From the NCBI RefSeq assembly GCF_964355755.1, contig NC_092678.1, forward strand, positions 19,423,365-19,487,364: a stretch of 64,000 bases of DNA. Direction: 5' to 3'. Under the pieces are notes generated by a model, which was not told the origin of the DNA, did not search any database, and saw only the letters and a list, made by a program, of their open reading frames with translations. Origin of the DNA: Antedon mediterranea. Lineage: Eukaryota; Animalia; Echinodermata. Of this stretch, positions 51,260 through 62,530 are shown piece by piece. The position numbers and the translations under genes were made by a program. Position 1 is the first letter of the stretch. The number at the start of each line of letters is the position of its first letter.

Positions 51260-52010
51260 ATTTGTTTTCCATATTTCAAATTATGTTCCATTTGCATCGT
51301 CGTAGCAACCCTATATTTCCAAATTTTCTTCACCTCTCAGTGACCATGATGGGGCGAGGTCCTAGGGACTCTTATACATTGTTATTTAAAATTAAGTGCG
51401 ATTTCCGGCCATTTAGCAGCTCTATTTTTCCAATTTGTTTTACCTCAGCCCCAACCATGGTGGGGCTGAGGTCCTGGAAACACTTAATATATATTTTTAT
51501 TTCCTATTTTAAATTATAATTGGCACTTTCAAAACTATCATGGGCTAAAATCCTGGAGGTACTAATAAATATATTTTTATTTTATATTTGAAATTAAGTG
51601 CCATTTCCGGCCATTGAGCAGCTCTATATTTTTTCAAATTTTCTTACCTCAGCCCCACCATGGTTGGGGCTGAGGTCCTGGAGACACAATTAATATATAT
51701 TTTGATTTCCTATTTTAAATTATAATTGCCATTTTCGAACTATGGTGGGCTAATGGAGACACTAATAAATATATTTTTATTTCATATTTTAAATTAAGTG
51801 CCATTTCCGGCCATCGAGTAGCTGTATTTTTCCAAATTTTCTTATCAACCATGGTGGGGCTGAGGTCCTGGAGACACTCAAAATAATTTTTTTTATTTCC
51901 TATTTTAAATTATAATTGCCATTTTCTAATTATGGTGGGCTAAGATCCTTTCATATTTGAAATTAAGTGCAAAGATCCCGGCCATCGAGCAGCTCTCATA
52001 TTTCAGCTCA
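51260..52010. repeat. ~190-200-bp degenerate tandem units with CCTCAGCCCC-ACCATGGT-GGGGCTGAGG hairpins
   Basis: AAATTAAGTGCCATTTCCGGCCAT-like motif recurs at ~51390, 51592, 51791 and 51961. Confidence 0.8.
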
Positions 52011-52608
52011 AAAATTATAAATTTCCATGGCTGTAACAGGTTTTTTTTGGGGGGGTGGGGGTGGGGGTTGGTGTTGGTGTCATTTGCAATTACCATTTTC
52101 GCACCCCAGATATTTAGAATTATTAGTTATTACTCACAAAACTAAAAATATAAATTTTGTATGACATGGGGATACAATTTTAGGCCCTATTTTGTGTCAG
52201 TTGGGGTTTTATTAGACATACAACCGTTGGTGGCGCTGTTTAGGGCCACATTTTGGGGATCTGGCATTATTTTTCCCAATCTGGCATTATTTGAGACAGG
52301 ATACGGCATAATTTAAATTTTATCGCTGGCAACGCTGCACCGTGCGGCGGGTTATTAGAATCGTTTTTCACGCACGCATTTGGTTCTTCAATGTTTGGTG
52401 TCAATTCTTCTTTAATTCTCGATTAGAAAGAATTTATACCGAAATGAAAGTCAGACTGTAAGATGTTGAAAGCAAATTCCTCACACCAGTAAGTAAATGT
52501 ACTATCAATTGTAGGCCCTAATCCAATAATTACAAACTAACAACGTGTAGGCTACACGTAGGCCTAGGCCTACTACTACCTTCAATTCTTCTCACATACT
52601 TTACGTTT

Positions 52609-52825
52609 GGTTCCAGGACGATCCCTAGTAGTACTAGGCCTACCCAATAGTCTCTCTGTAAATAAAGTTTGGAAAAAAAGCTTATTTTATGCTTATAAAA
52701 TGCATATCAAAGTCGATAAATTTAAGTGTGCCGAATCGTCTCAGGGCCGAATCGTTCAGGGCCGAATAGTCCTGGGCCAAATCTTCCCGGGCCGAATCGT
52801 CTCAGGGCCAAATCGTCCCGCTACC
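52609..52825. mobile_element. Small GG...CC element with GGGCCGAATCGT subterminal repeats, 8-bp TSD
   Basis: TTACGTTT at 52601-52608 and 52826-52833; six ~15-16-bp repeats at 52729-52820. Confidence 0.7.
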
Positions 52826-53683
52826 TTACGTTTAGTAGGCTAATTCAGGCCTTCGGGTAGACGCAAATGCACCACATGCAAGGCCTATTAAGTATTATTA
52901 AACCGTTGGTAGCCTATACTGCGAATGTGTAAGATATAGGATGAAATACGTGTTAGGACATACATTTGGGAATTATAATTATCATTGTAATTAGTTTTTA
53001 CTTAAATAGTGTTGTAGCATTCTTACTCATACATACTAAGAAAAAAATGTATACAGTATAATACCAAACGAGTATATTACTGCTAATACTTAGTAATTTA
53101 CGCACTCATACTATTTATCAGCTTCGTTATTTTGTTGCATGCTAAGTGCTCTATTTTGTATTTTCTTTAAAAATACCTGATCGGAGGGGATTATTTGATA
53201 TGTAATATTAATTAAGTGATGATCATTAATCGTAATATGAATAGACATTTTTACATAATATTTAAGCGTTTTATATCTTAGAATGTTTTTTTTACTCTCA
53301 GCTCACTGTGTCGGTCGGTAAACACTAACTTGAGCAGGCGACTACAGCCATGCATATGGCCTTGTTATGTCTAAGGGTCCCCACCACTCGGTAGTGAATT
53401 AGTTCACATTGGAGGTGGGGGGTGGGGGCTGGTCTGTCTCATAATATTTATTATATTTGTGTATTTTATTGTTTTGAGACGAATAAATATAAATCAAATG
53501 AGTGAATCGGGAACATGTTTGTTCTGTATTACGTGCGCATGTGCGTATTATGGTATAATTATTACTAACAGGCCTACTGGTAGTAGGACTATCATATGAA
53601 ACACCTCACACAATACACGATGAAAAACCGTAACAGCTCAAAGCACATTGATTCAGTTTATAGTTAATGTTGCTTAGTATGAT

Positions 53684-53707
53684 CAGGGAGTTATTAACAA
53701 CTCCCTG
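53684..53707. mobile_element. 24-bp CA...TG palindrome with 7-bp TSD
   Basis: GTATGAT|CAGGGAGTT-ATTAAC-AACTCCCTG|GTATGAT. Confidence 0.7.
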
Positions 53708-53953
53708 GTATGATGGTCAACGCAGGTATACGGTCGGTGTTGTTTAATTAAAGGTTCAATTCAATCGAGCCAGTGAACTAATAACCAGCAAGTAAGCTTA
53801 CAGTGTAAGCAAGACACCTTAAATAGCTAATGCCGAAGTAGGCCTATAAAGATGATCAATATGCCTACGATCGGTCTGTTTTCTGATGTTAGGCCTAGTT
53901 CAAGCGAACTAAAATATACAGTAAGTAAGCCTAGACAAGTCTACACCAATACT

Positions 53954-56142
53954 TTACAGATACCATTCAAGATTCCTTAGATGATCCGACTGAATATTGC
54001 ACATTCTGGCATTCACGCGATATCGAAATGGAATCACCTTGTTTAGACCCTTTGTGAAATCTCTCAGTTTAAATCCTTCTACACGACTTCCAGAAGAAGG
54101 AAAATTTTGAATATTTACTTTTTTACTCAACAAATCACTTTCCTCTGTGACCGCTGTAAATAATGCACGTAAATAACGTATAAACAACAAAGTGTTATCG
54201 AAGTATTCAAAGGGTTGTAATTGTTTTAAATCTTGGCGACCAGTGTCTGCTCTGGCGACCTCTACAAGCTGATCTTCCCTCTCACGAGTAAGTTTACTGT
54301 GTATGTTTGCTTGCGGAATCAACTCTACCCAATGTACTGTTTGCATAATAAGGACTGCATGTTTATTAGTTTCACTTATAAGAGGACGCATTGATGAAAG
54401 AAGTTGCTTATCGCCAATGAAATCTGCAACATTCGATGCCATAATGCGGTCATGTTTTATCGCAACGTCTTTACATAGCGTAGTGCATTCCTTCACAAAA
54501 CAGTTACAACTTATCTGATGCTTTTGGATAAAAGAGATCGCATTTCGAACAACACTAGTAATATAACTATGAAATAGATCGACAATGGAATCTTCATTTT
54601 TAAACATTTTACTTGCTCGGATGTAGTCCCATCCACGGAATGGAAAGTTATTAGGGGGAATGCAATATTCGAAGTTGCATGTCTCTGGTGTAAATTGCTG
54701 ATTTACGTTGGCACCCCGGTTTTCTGGTAACGGAGGTCCCGTGAGTGTAGGATTATCAAATTGTAATTCACTACCGTCGCCGTCATGTTTCAAGAACAGA
54801 CCGTCGATGAAATAATTAGCGGTCGACTCGCCATGTCTTTCTGGGACTGATTGGCAATAAGAAGATGCACCTTGGGAGTTACTGGACCAAATGCCATTCC
54901 TAAACAAGTCTGTTCTCTGCCCAACCAAATCGATTGAATCAAATTTGCTGATATCGCATTGTAGATCTAACCACTTCTTCCAAACTTCTTTTATTTTCGA
55001 TAGATTCTCTTTATCAAGAAGCAATTCATCAGACGTTTTAGCCTTTAGAGAATCAGCATCATGATCAACTAGCTCTTTCAGCATGGATATTAGAAAATGA
55101 AAATCGTTATCAGGTAGTTGAAGAGAGTACCAGATATTAGTAACGGTCTCTTCAATGGCATCTCTTGAACTTTGAGTTACCATCATGTAGATGAAGAGTA
55201 CATTCCTTGCCATAACAAATGGACTGATGTCTGCCAATGTATACCTTACATTACCAGTGAAGTCTTTTGGGAGTGACGCTGTTGTGAGAAGTACATTTCG
55301 CAAGTCCCCAACATCAGCAAACAGCACACTGTAATCTTTTTCGAGTGATCTTCCTAAATCTTCTGAGGAATTGGCCTCATTTACGTTCAACTTCAAAACA
55401 TCAACTGCAATGGTACAGCCAAAGTATTCAGGGCAATATTCTATTGTAGGACCCGACCAAAAACGGTACATATTAACAAGATCGAGGAACGCCTTTTGAA
55501 CTTGTTTACACGATGGTTTGTGACGCTTCCAATCGGCCTTCTGGCATTTCTTACCGCAGTAGTCAATTTCACAACATGCAGCACACTATTAATAAAGATC
55601 AAAACAGTGATGGTTAGGGCAGTTTTCTCGGAAAGACGAGTGTCGATGTTAAATAATACGGCCTTACATTAGGCGACGACCCACCCCACTTACCACACAT
55701 GTTCATACTCCCTAACATGCACCCCACGGTAAGCACTACACTATAGATATTCAGCTGTAGGCCTACTATATACTACTAATGCATGGTATTAAATTCAAAT
55801 ATAACAGGCCTGCACGACTTGTCTTACATACGTACTTTCCTTACATACGTACTTTCCTAATTAAGAGTGCAACGACTACCATTATGTCATCACTTTTTTA
55901 AAACAAATATAAAATAGAGTCTTATAATCCTATCATACCGATAAGCAGTTTGTCCTTTTCGAACATACGAAACACTGTCTGTTTCTATTCCACATATCAC
56001 ATTCAACCTGATGTCTCAGCTTATCTCGTTCCATACATTGTTGTCCACAATATTCAGCAATGTTGCATCTAGAGCACTTCGGAAAAGACTTTTCCGATAT
56101 TTTGTCCTCACAACGCCAACATAATCCTTGTTCAACATCCAT
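53954..56142 (-). CDS. Tandem MYND zinc fingers + DUF4470-like (DNAAF3-related, methyltransferase-like) domain protein, paralog 1 (~611 aa)
   Basis: Exon 55939-56142 (CWRC...CSRC...YCGQQC...HQVEC, then CFVC) spliced in phase 0 to exon 53954-55585 (CAAC..YCGKKCQKADWKRHKPSC; VLFADVGDLRNVLLT; DISPFVMARNVL; IWYSLQL). Confidence 0.8.
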
Positions 56143-56914
56143 GTTGATGTTATTCCCAAAACAGTAGGCCTACTGTATTATTTGAAGCTAGGCGTTTTAG
56201 TTGTAAATTGGAAATTCCCAATTCTAATTGTAGACAAAAATATGACGACAGCAAGAACGCCGCCTATCATTACACAAATAAGTAGGCTTGTACAACAGGC
56301 ATTCCCACACAACAGAAAGTAGTTCTTTTTTTAAACGAAATATCGTTTTATTAACTTTTCTAACTTTTGTATTATTACATTGATTGGTTCTCATTGTGTC
56401 TGCTATTTTTAATGTATTGTATATTACATTTTTGGGAAAGAATTCCCAAATATCTGATAATTTTCACTATTGGATCCTTTTTCAATAATTTTCTTCATTC
56501 GTCTGATTGTGTATTCAATCTGGTAATTCGTGTTTTTTTTAATTAAAGAATAAATAGTGAATGTAAATTAATATTTCGTTACTAACACCCTATTTTGAAT
56601 AGCTCAAACAATATTTTATTTCTTCATACAGTATATGTATTTTCCACTAATAAATAACAAATAATTTTTTTTTCTTAAATTAATTCGTCAAATTATAATA
56701 TGGACAGTTATTTTATTGGACAATACGAATAAGAAATACTTTTTTCTTCATATATGTATTTTCTACTAATAAATAAAATTTTTTTTTTCTTCAATTAATT
56801 CCTCAAATCGAACGCACACAGTTATATTATTATACAATACGAGCAAAATAAATAAACTCGAAATTATAGGGCCTACATTGTTTAGTTTACTTTTTAATGT
56901 TTATAATGTTTGAT

Positions 56915-57305
56915 TCCTCCTCGTCGATGATGTTGATGGTCACTCGGTTCTGTCCAACCAGCTGTTTCGTTCAGCATCGGTGGGGTCGAGACTCCTCGTC
57001 GTCGATGATAATGTTGATGGTTACTCGGTTCTGTCCAACCAACTGCTTCGTTCAGCATCGGTGGGGTTGAGACTCTCGTCGTTGATGATGTTGATGGTTA
57101 CTCGGTTCTGTCCAACCAACTGCTTCGTTCAGCATCGGTAGGGTTGAGACTCCTCGTAGTCGATGATGTTGATGGTTACTCGGTTCTGTCCAACAAACTG
57201 CTCAGTCCAACATCGGTGGGATTGAGACTCGTCGTCGATGATGTTGATGGTTACTCGGTTCTGTCCAACCACCTGCTTAGTTCAACATCGGTGGGTTGAA
57301 ACGCC
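56915..57305. repeat. GC-richer tandem repeat, 5 units of 75-81 bp
   Basis: CTCGTCGATGATGTTGATGGTTACTCGGTTCTGTCCAACC...CATCGGTGGGGTTGAGA repeated five times. Confidence 0.95.
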
Positions 57306-58014
57306 TCATTGACAATTTACAACTCCACTCCCAAAGACTTGTAATAAGACTTTGTTAATGTAGAGCATCGTGTGTATATGTTTGTCGGTCTCGTGAACGG
57401 ATTGCCACCTTTAAGAAGGATAGTGAATGAATTCGCTTATGGTTATCCTTGGCAATTTGCCTAAATAAATAAAATAAAAAATAAAATAAATAAAATTGTC
57501 GATTGATTGATGTTGGCACATATTTGAAACTCCTTTCATCGATGGCCAATATGAAATCTTGAATTGAGCATTTCTAATAGTTGAAGCTGGTTTTGCTGAT
57601 AGGCCAAACCATACGAATATTATGTATATAAAGTGCATAATTGTAGCAGGATTGAGAACAGCTATATCACACGTACCTGCAATGTGAATTGTATTATATC
57701 ACAACTGCAACCGTAACCGTAACAGTGTTTATATCGAAAAACTATTTTCTAGTTGATTCAATGGATGTATCTCATCATCTAAAATCTCCGTGCAAAATCG
57801 GGACATGAGTCTCTTGGAATTGTCGACGACGGTATGCCATCGGTACTGTAACCGACAGCAAAAGATATCAACGTACATCAATTATAATGTCCGTCTTAGT
57901 GTTTACATGGCAGAATTATATTAGAGTATTAATAGATTAGTGTCAGGATTATACTGTGATAAATGTACCTTTCATCACAACAGATTTCAACCTAAACCAA
58001 TGGAGCCTCCAGGC

Positions 58015-60382
58015 CTAAAAATGCCATTCAAGATTTCTCGGATATGCAGGAAAGATGTTACATAATCTTGCGTTCTGTCGATATTGAAATGGAATCACCT
58101 TGTTCAACCCCTTTGTAAAGTCTCGCAATTTAAATCCTTCTAGTCGTTTGCCAGTAAATGGAAACCTCGGGATAGGTTCAACAACACCATGGCCTAAGTT
58201 TGGATTTGTTGTACCTGAAAATACAGCTCGTAAAAAACGAATAAACAACGATGTGTTATCGAAGTACTCACACTTAGGGTATAGTGGTAATTTCTTTAAT
58301 TCTTGGCACCCAGTTTCAGACTTGACGACTTCTAAAACCTTATCTGCTCTCTCGCGATTTACTGGATGGTTTACATCGGCTTCTGGAATAAACTGAATCC
58401 AACCATGAGTTTCCATCAAAAGAACTGCATGCTTATTGGTTGTACTCAGAAGAGGACGCATTGACGAAAGAATTTGTTTAAACCCAGTTACGTCTACAGC
58501 TTGCGATGCTGTAATACGATCGTACGTTGGTTTAACATCCGATTGTTTGTATAATAAAGTGAAATCTCCAACACAACAGTTAAAGCTGATCCGATGTTTT
58601 TTAATAAAAGTGATGGCATTTCTAACAACATTGGTAATGTAACCATAGAATAACTTGACAATTGAGTATTCGTTTTTAAACATCTTGCTTGCTTGAATGT
58701 AATCCCATCCACGAAAGGGATTATGGAGAGGAGGGATACAGTACTCGAAGTTACATGTTGCCATTGGTGAACGCTGGTGGTTTCTGCTCGACAGTAATGG
58801 AGGACCCGTAAGTGTTGGGTTTTCAAATCGTAAAGTACCTAAACAATCATCTTTTAAGAAAAGTCCGTCGTTATAATATTGGGAGACCGATTCCAGGTGC
58901 TTTTCCGGGACCTTTTGACAGTAATCGGAAGCATCCTGAGAGTTACTGCACCAAATACCGTTACTAAACAAGGTTGTTCTCTGCCCAACCAAATCGATTG
59001 AATTGGATTTGCTGGTATCACATTCCAGTTCCAACCACTTCTTCCAGATTTCTTTTATCTTTGATAGATCTTCTTGGTTAAGAAGCAATTCACCAGACGT
59101 TTTCACCTTCAAGGTATCAGCATCATGATCAACTAGCTCTTTCAGCATGGATACTAGAAAATCGAAATCTTCATCAGGTAGTTGAAGTGAGTACCAGATA
59201 TTAGTAACTGTCTCTTCAATGTCATCTCTTGAATTCTGAGTTAACATCATGTAGATGAAGAGTACATTTCTTGCCATAACAAAAGGACTGATGGCTGCCA
59301 ATGTATACATTACATTACCAGTGAAGTCTTTTGGAAGCGATGCTGTCGTAAGTAACACGCTTCCTAAGTCACCTACATCGCCAAACAAAACGTTGTAATC
59401 TTTTGACAGTGGACTTGTGAAATATGTCGAAGCAATTACACTTGCTTCATTTATCTTTAGCTTCAGGACGTCAATTGCAATAGTGGGATTAAAGTACACA
59501 TGAATATTTGTTAATCGGATCAATTTAGTCATCATCCGTTGACGATAATCAAAAACCATCATTTGAAAATAGTCCTGTATTCGTTCGCATATTATTTTAT
59601 GATGTTTCCAATCATCTCTTTGGCACTTCTGACTACAGTAAGACACTTCACGGCAATGGGTACACTAAAACAAAAAATGAAAACATTCAGAAAAACATCC
59701 TCTGTTCTTGAAAAAAAACCTTCCACAAGTTCCTTCGAATCGCGGATGAAATGAATTGTCAGTTTAATACTTAAAATAATAGTATTAAAGATAGGAGTCA
59801 AAATAAAAGGAAAATATGCACATAAAAAAATACTGTATACACAAAGAGCTAGTTGATCAGGATGCACACCCAAGTTTTATTTGTGTTGTCATGTTTTTCA
59901 GTAGGGAGATATTGATGATCCGATACCCATGGTAATTGTAGGCATACTCGTTATACTACATCATTTATGGGAAACATTTTGTGACGTCGTAAACCTATAC
60001 ACGACCATCCAACCATGGCTAGAAAGGTCCAAGATATAGGCCTATGTCATTTTTACCTTCATCGAGAAATTACATGGGTCACGTGCTTAGGCCTATCACT
60101 ACGGTACTACTGTACTATTGAAGTAGGCCTACTTTACATGGATGAGAGCTTTGTTTAATATAAATTGGAACATGGGCCTACCCATTTGCAGTCAGTTTTT
60201 TTAACACAAGCAAAACACTGTCCGTTTCTATTCCACATATCACATTCAACCTGATGTCTCAGCTTATCTTGTTCCCTACATTGTTCTCCACAATATTCAG
60301 CAATGTTGCACCTAGAACACTTCTTTCCTTCTTCTGTCTTTTCATCCTCACAACGCCAACATAAGCCTTGTTCCACGTCCAT
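58015..60382 (-). CDS. MYND-MYND-DUF4470-like protein, paralog 2 (~616 aa)
   Basis: Exon 60182-60382 (MDVEQGLCWRC...CFAC..KTDCKW) and exon 58015-59664 (CTHCREVSYCSQKCQRDDWKHHKIIC...GDVGDLGSVLLT...RNLEWHF*); same intron position as paralog 1. Confidence 0.8.
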
Positions 60383-61009
60383 TCTGTAACGCATTGAACG
60401 AAATTGTGTAATACAGGGTATGTGCTTTTTAAAAATAAAGTTTGGGAATTCCCAATTCAAGGCTATGACGTAAGCTTTGGTACGTTTACAACAGCGCCAT
60501 CTATAATTAATTGAAATTGTAATAAGGCAATCTACAAAGACACGTTTTTTCAGGATTAATGACAACAAAATATAATTATGTTGTTATCTTTACCACGACA
60601 GCATAGTTCTCGTCCGACATTCATGATATTGTAATTCTGTCCAAATCAGCATCGTTTTATGTTAGGCGTAATTGTAGTAAATAAGCAATTCCCAATTCTA
60701 ATTTTAAACTATGACGTCAATAGAGGTTAACAATAGTGCCACCAATATCAAGATACACATTTGTAGGCTTAATACAACAGTCGTTCCGATACATCATAAG
60801 TTAGTTATTTGTTTCAAGTCTCTTGATAAATATAATTTACTAGTATAATAGGCTTTCCTATCCTTTTCTAATTCTAAAACAAAAAAAGTCGTACTTGCAT
60901 TAGTATTTTTTCTCTCTTTTATTTCATTTTAACTTTAGTTTATAGTATAAAAGTAGTAGAAATATAAACTCCCTATACTTTGAAGTATAAAAAAATAAAA
61001 TGATAATAA

Positions 61010-61845
61010 TCTTTATTGTCTTTCTTTCTTGTTTGTTCTTTTTCACATACATAAAATCAGAACTAAAGACAAAAGACCAAAAAAAAGCTTTCGCTTATCG
61101 AGTTTTGGCCTTTTAAAATAAATAAAACTTAAACTAGAACGTATATCAATTCTGAGAAAGAAAAATCTGAAGAAAATTAATTACATAAATGAAAATTAAT
61201 AACTCACTGGCATTATCAATATGAATATGAAATAAGTAATAGAAGAGTATTATACACACTTTTTTTTTTTAAATAGAAAAAACTAAGCATAATATAAGGT
61301 TATTAAATGTTCTTTGTTGACTTTGATGGCAAATTGTGCTCTAAATGAAATTGACTTAATATTTACTGGGTGTTTATTCCAGAGTTTGGGAACTTGGTAT
61401 GTTATATTGGTTTGAGATAGAGTCGTAAATTAATAACTCACTGGCATTATCAATATGAATATGAAATAAGTAATAGAAGAGTATTATACACATTTTTTTT
61501 TTTAAATAGAAAAAACTAAGCATCATATAAGGTTATTAAATGTTCTTTGTTGACTTTGATGGCAAATTGTGTTCTAAATGAAATTGACTTAATATTTACT
61601 GGGAGTTTATTCCAGAGTTTGGGAACTTGGTATGTTATATTGGTTTGAGATAGAGTCGTACGGCAAAAGGGGATCGAGAGATTAAACGGGTCATTAAATC
61701 GGGTGTTACATGGATGGTTTACATAGTTAAAGTATAGTATAATATGATGAGGTAATCTAGAATAAAATAAATCGGAAATAAATTTAAGCACATGCAACTC
61801 ATACAATTTAAAAACATCTAAAATCAACAATTGCTTAAACAAATG
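61010..61845 (-). mobile_element. LINE (CR1/L2-group) 3' end with an internal ~235-bp tandem duplication
   Basis: Minus-strand peptide FKQLLILDVFKLYELHVLKF...PKLWNKLPVNIKS, homologous to the end of the 19955-20837 ORF; ~61195-61427 duplicates ~61428-61659. Confidence 0.75.
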
Positions 61846-62530
61846 TGCTTATGCCTACATTTACATTTAAAAAATATAATTCATTATTTTTTTTTTTCAC
61901 ATTAGCTCATCTTTTATTTATATTAAAATCAAATTTATTTGTTATTAATATCTAAGCTCAAAATCGGACAACTTTCAAACCAATTATTTTTTCCCGAAGA
62001 ATAATATTTGATGTATATTATATATACATTAAGTAAACAATGAAATATACATACATTAGCATTTTTGCTTTTTTTTCTAATCAAATGACAATATCTAGCT
62101 GATATACTTTAGTTAATTAACAGTTCATTGATAATTAGGCATACACTACTGTTCTGTCGCATCAATGCTTAGTTCACCATCAGTTGGGGTTTGAGACACT
62201 CGGCAAAGATGTGTTCTGGCAGATGGCTTCGCTTCTCTAATGTAACCACAGTGCAACTTATTCGCAAAACGAGATCGATTGCAATCATAATGACAGGCAT
62301 AGCGCATCAACAGCGACCGCTGTCCGCCCGCAAGAAGACTTTCCTTATAATTATTGAACCTCAGTGCAACCAATGTTATACGAGATCGACGCATGATTCT
62401 CCTTCTTCTTGAACGACAGCAAAGTACACAATGTTAAGACTATTTTAATGAATATAAAGTTAAATACAAGCCTACTATATGTACTAAAATGTATGTGTCT
62501 AAACCCAAAAGGAGTCGTCGTGATTCCCTA

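Larger units (their letters stand above)
48534..52337. mobile_element. 3.8-kb non-autonomous hAT element, 8-bp TSD
   Basis: Ends CATAGTTGCCA / TGGCAACGCTG, subterminal TGGCATTA/TGGCATAA repeats at both ends, perfect CACCGTGC duplication at 48526-48533 and 52338-52345. Confidence 0.85.

Noticed and set aside
60383-60568. 70-aa N-terminal extension of MYND paralog 2 in the ORF track
   Set aside because: Starts at a non-ATG codon and is not conserved in paralog 1, which begins at MDVEQG.
62146-62412. GC-richer segment with 73-82 aa ORFs on both strands
   Set aside because: No recognisable motif or convincing splice context; could be 3' UTR or a TE fragment.
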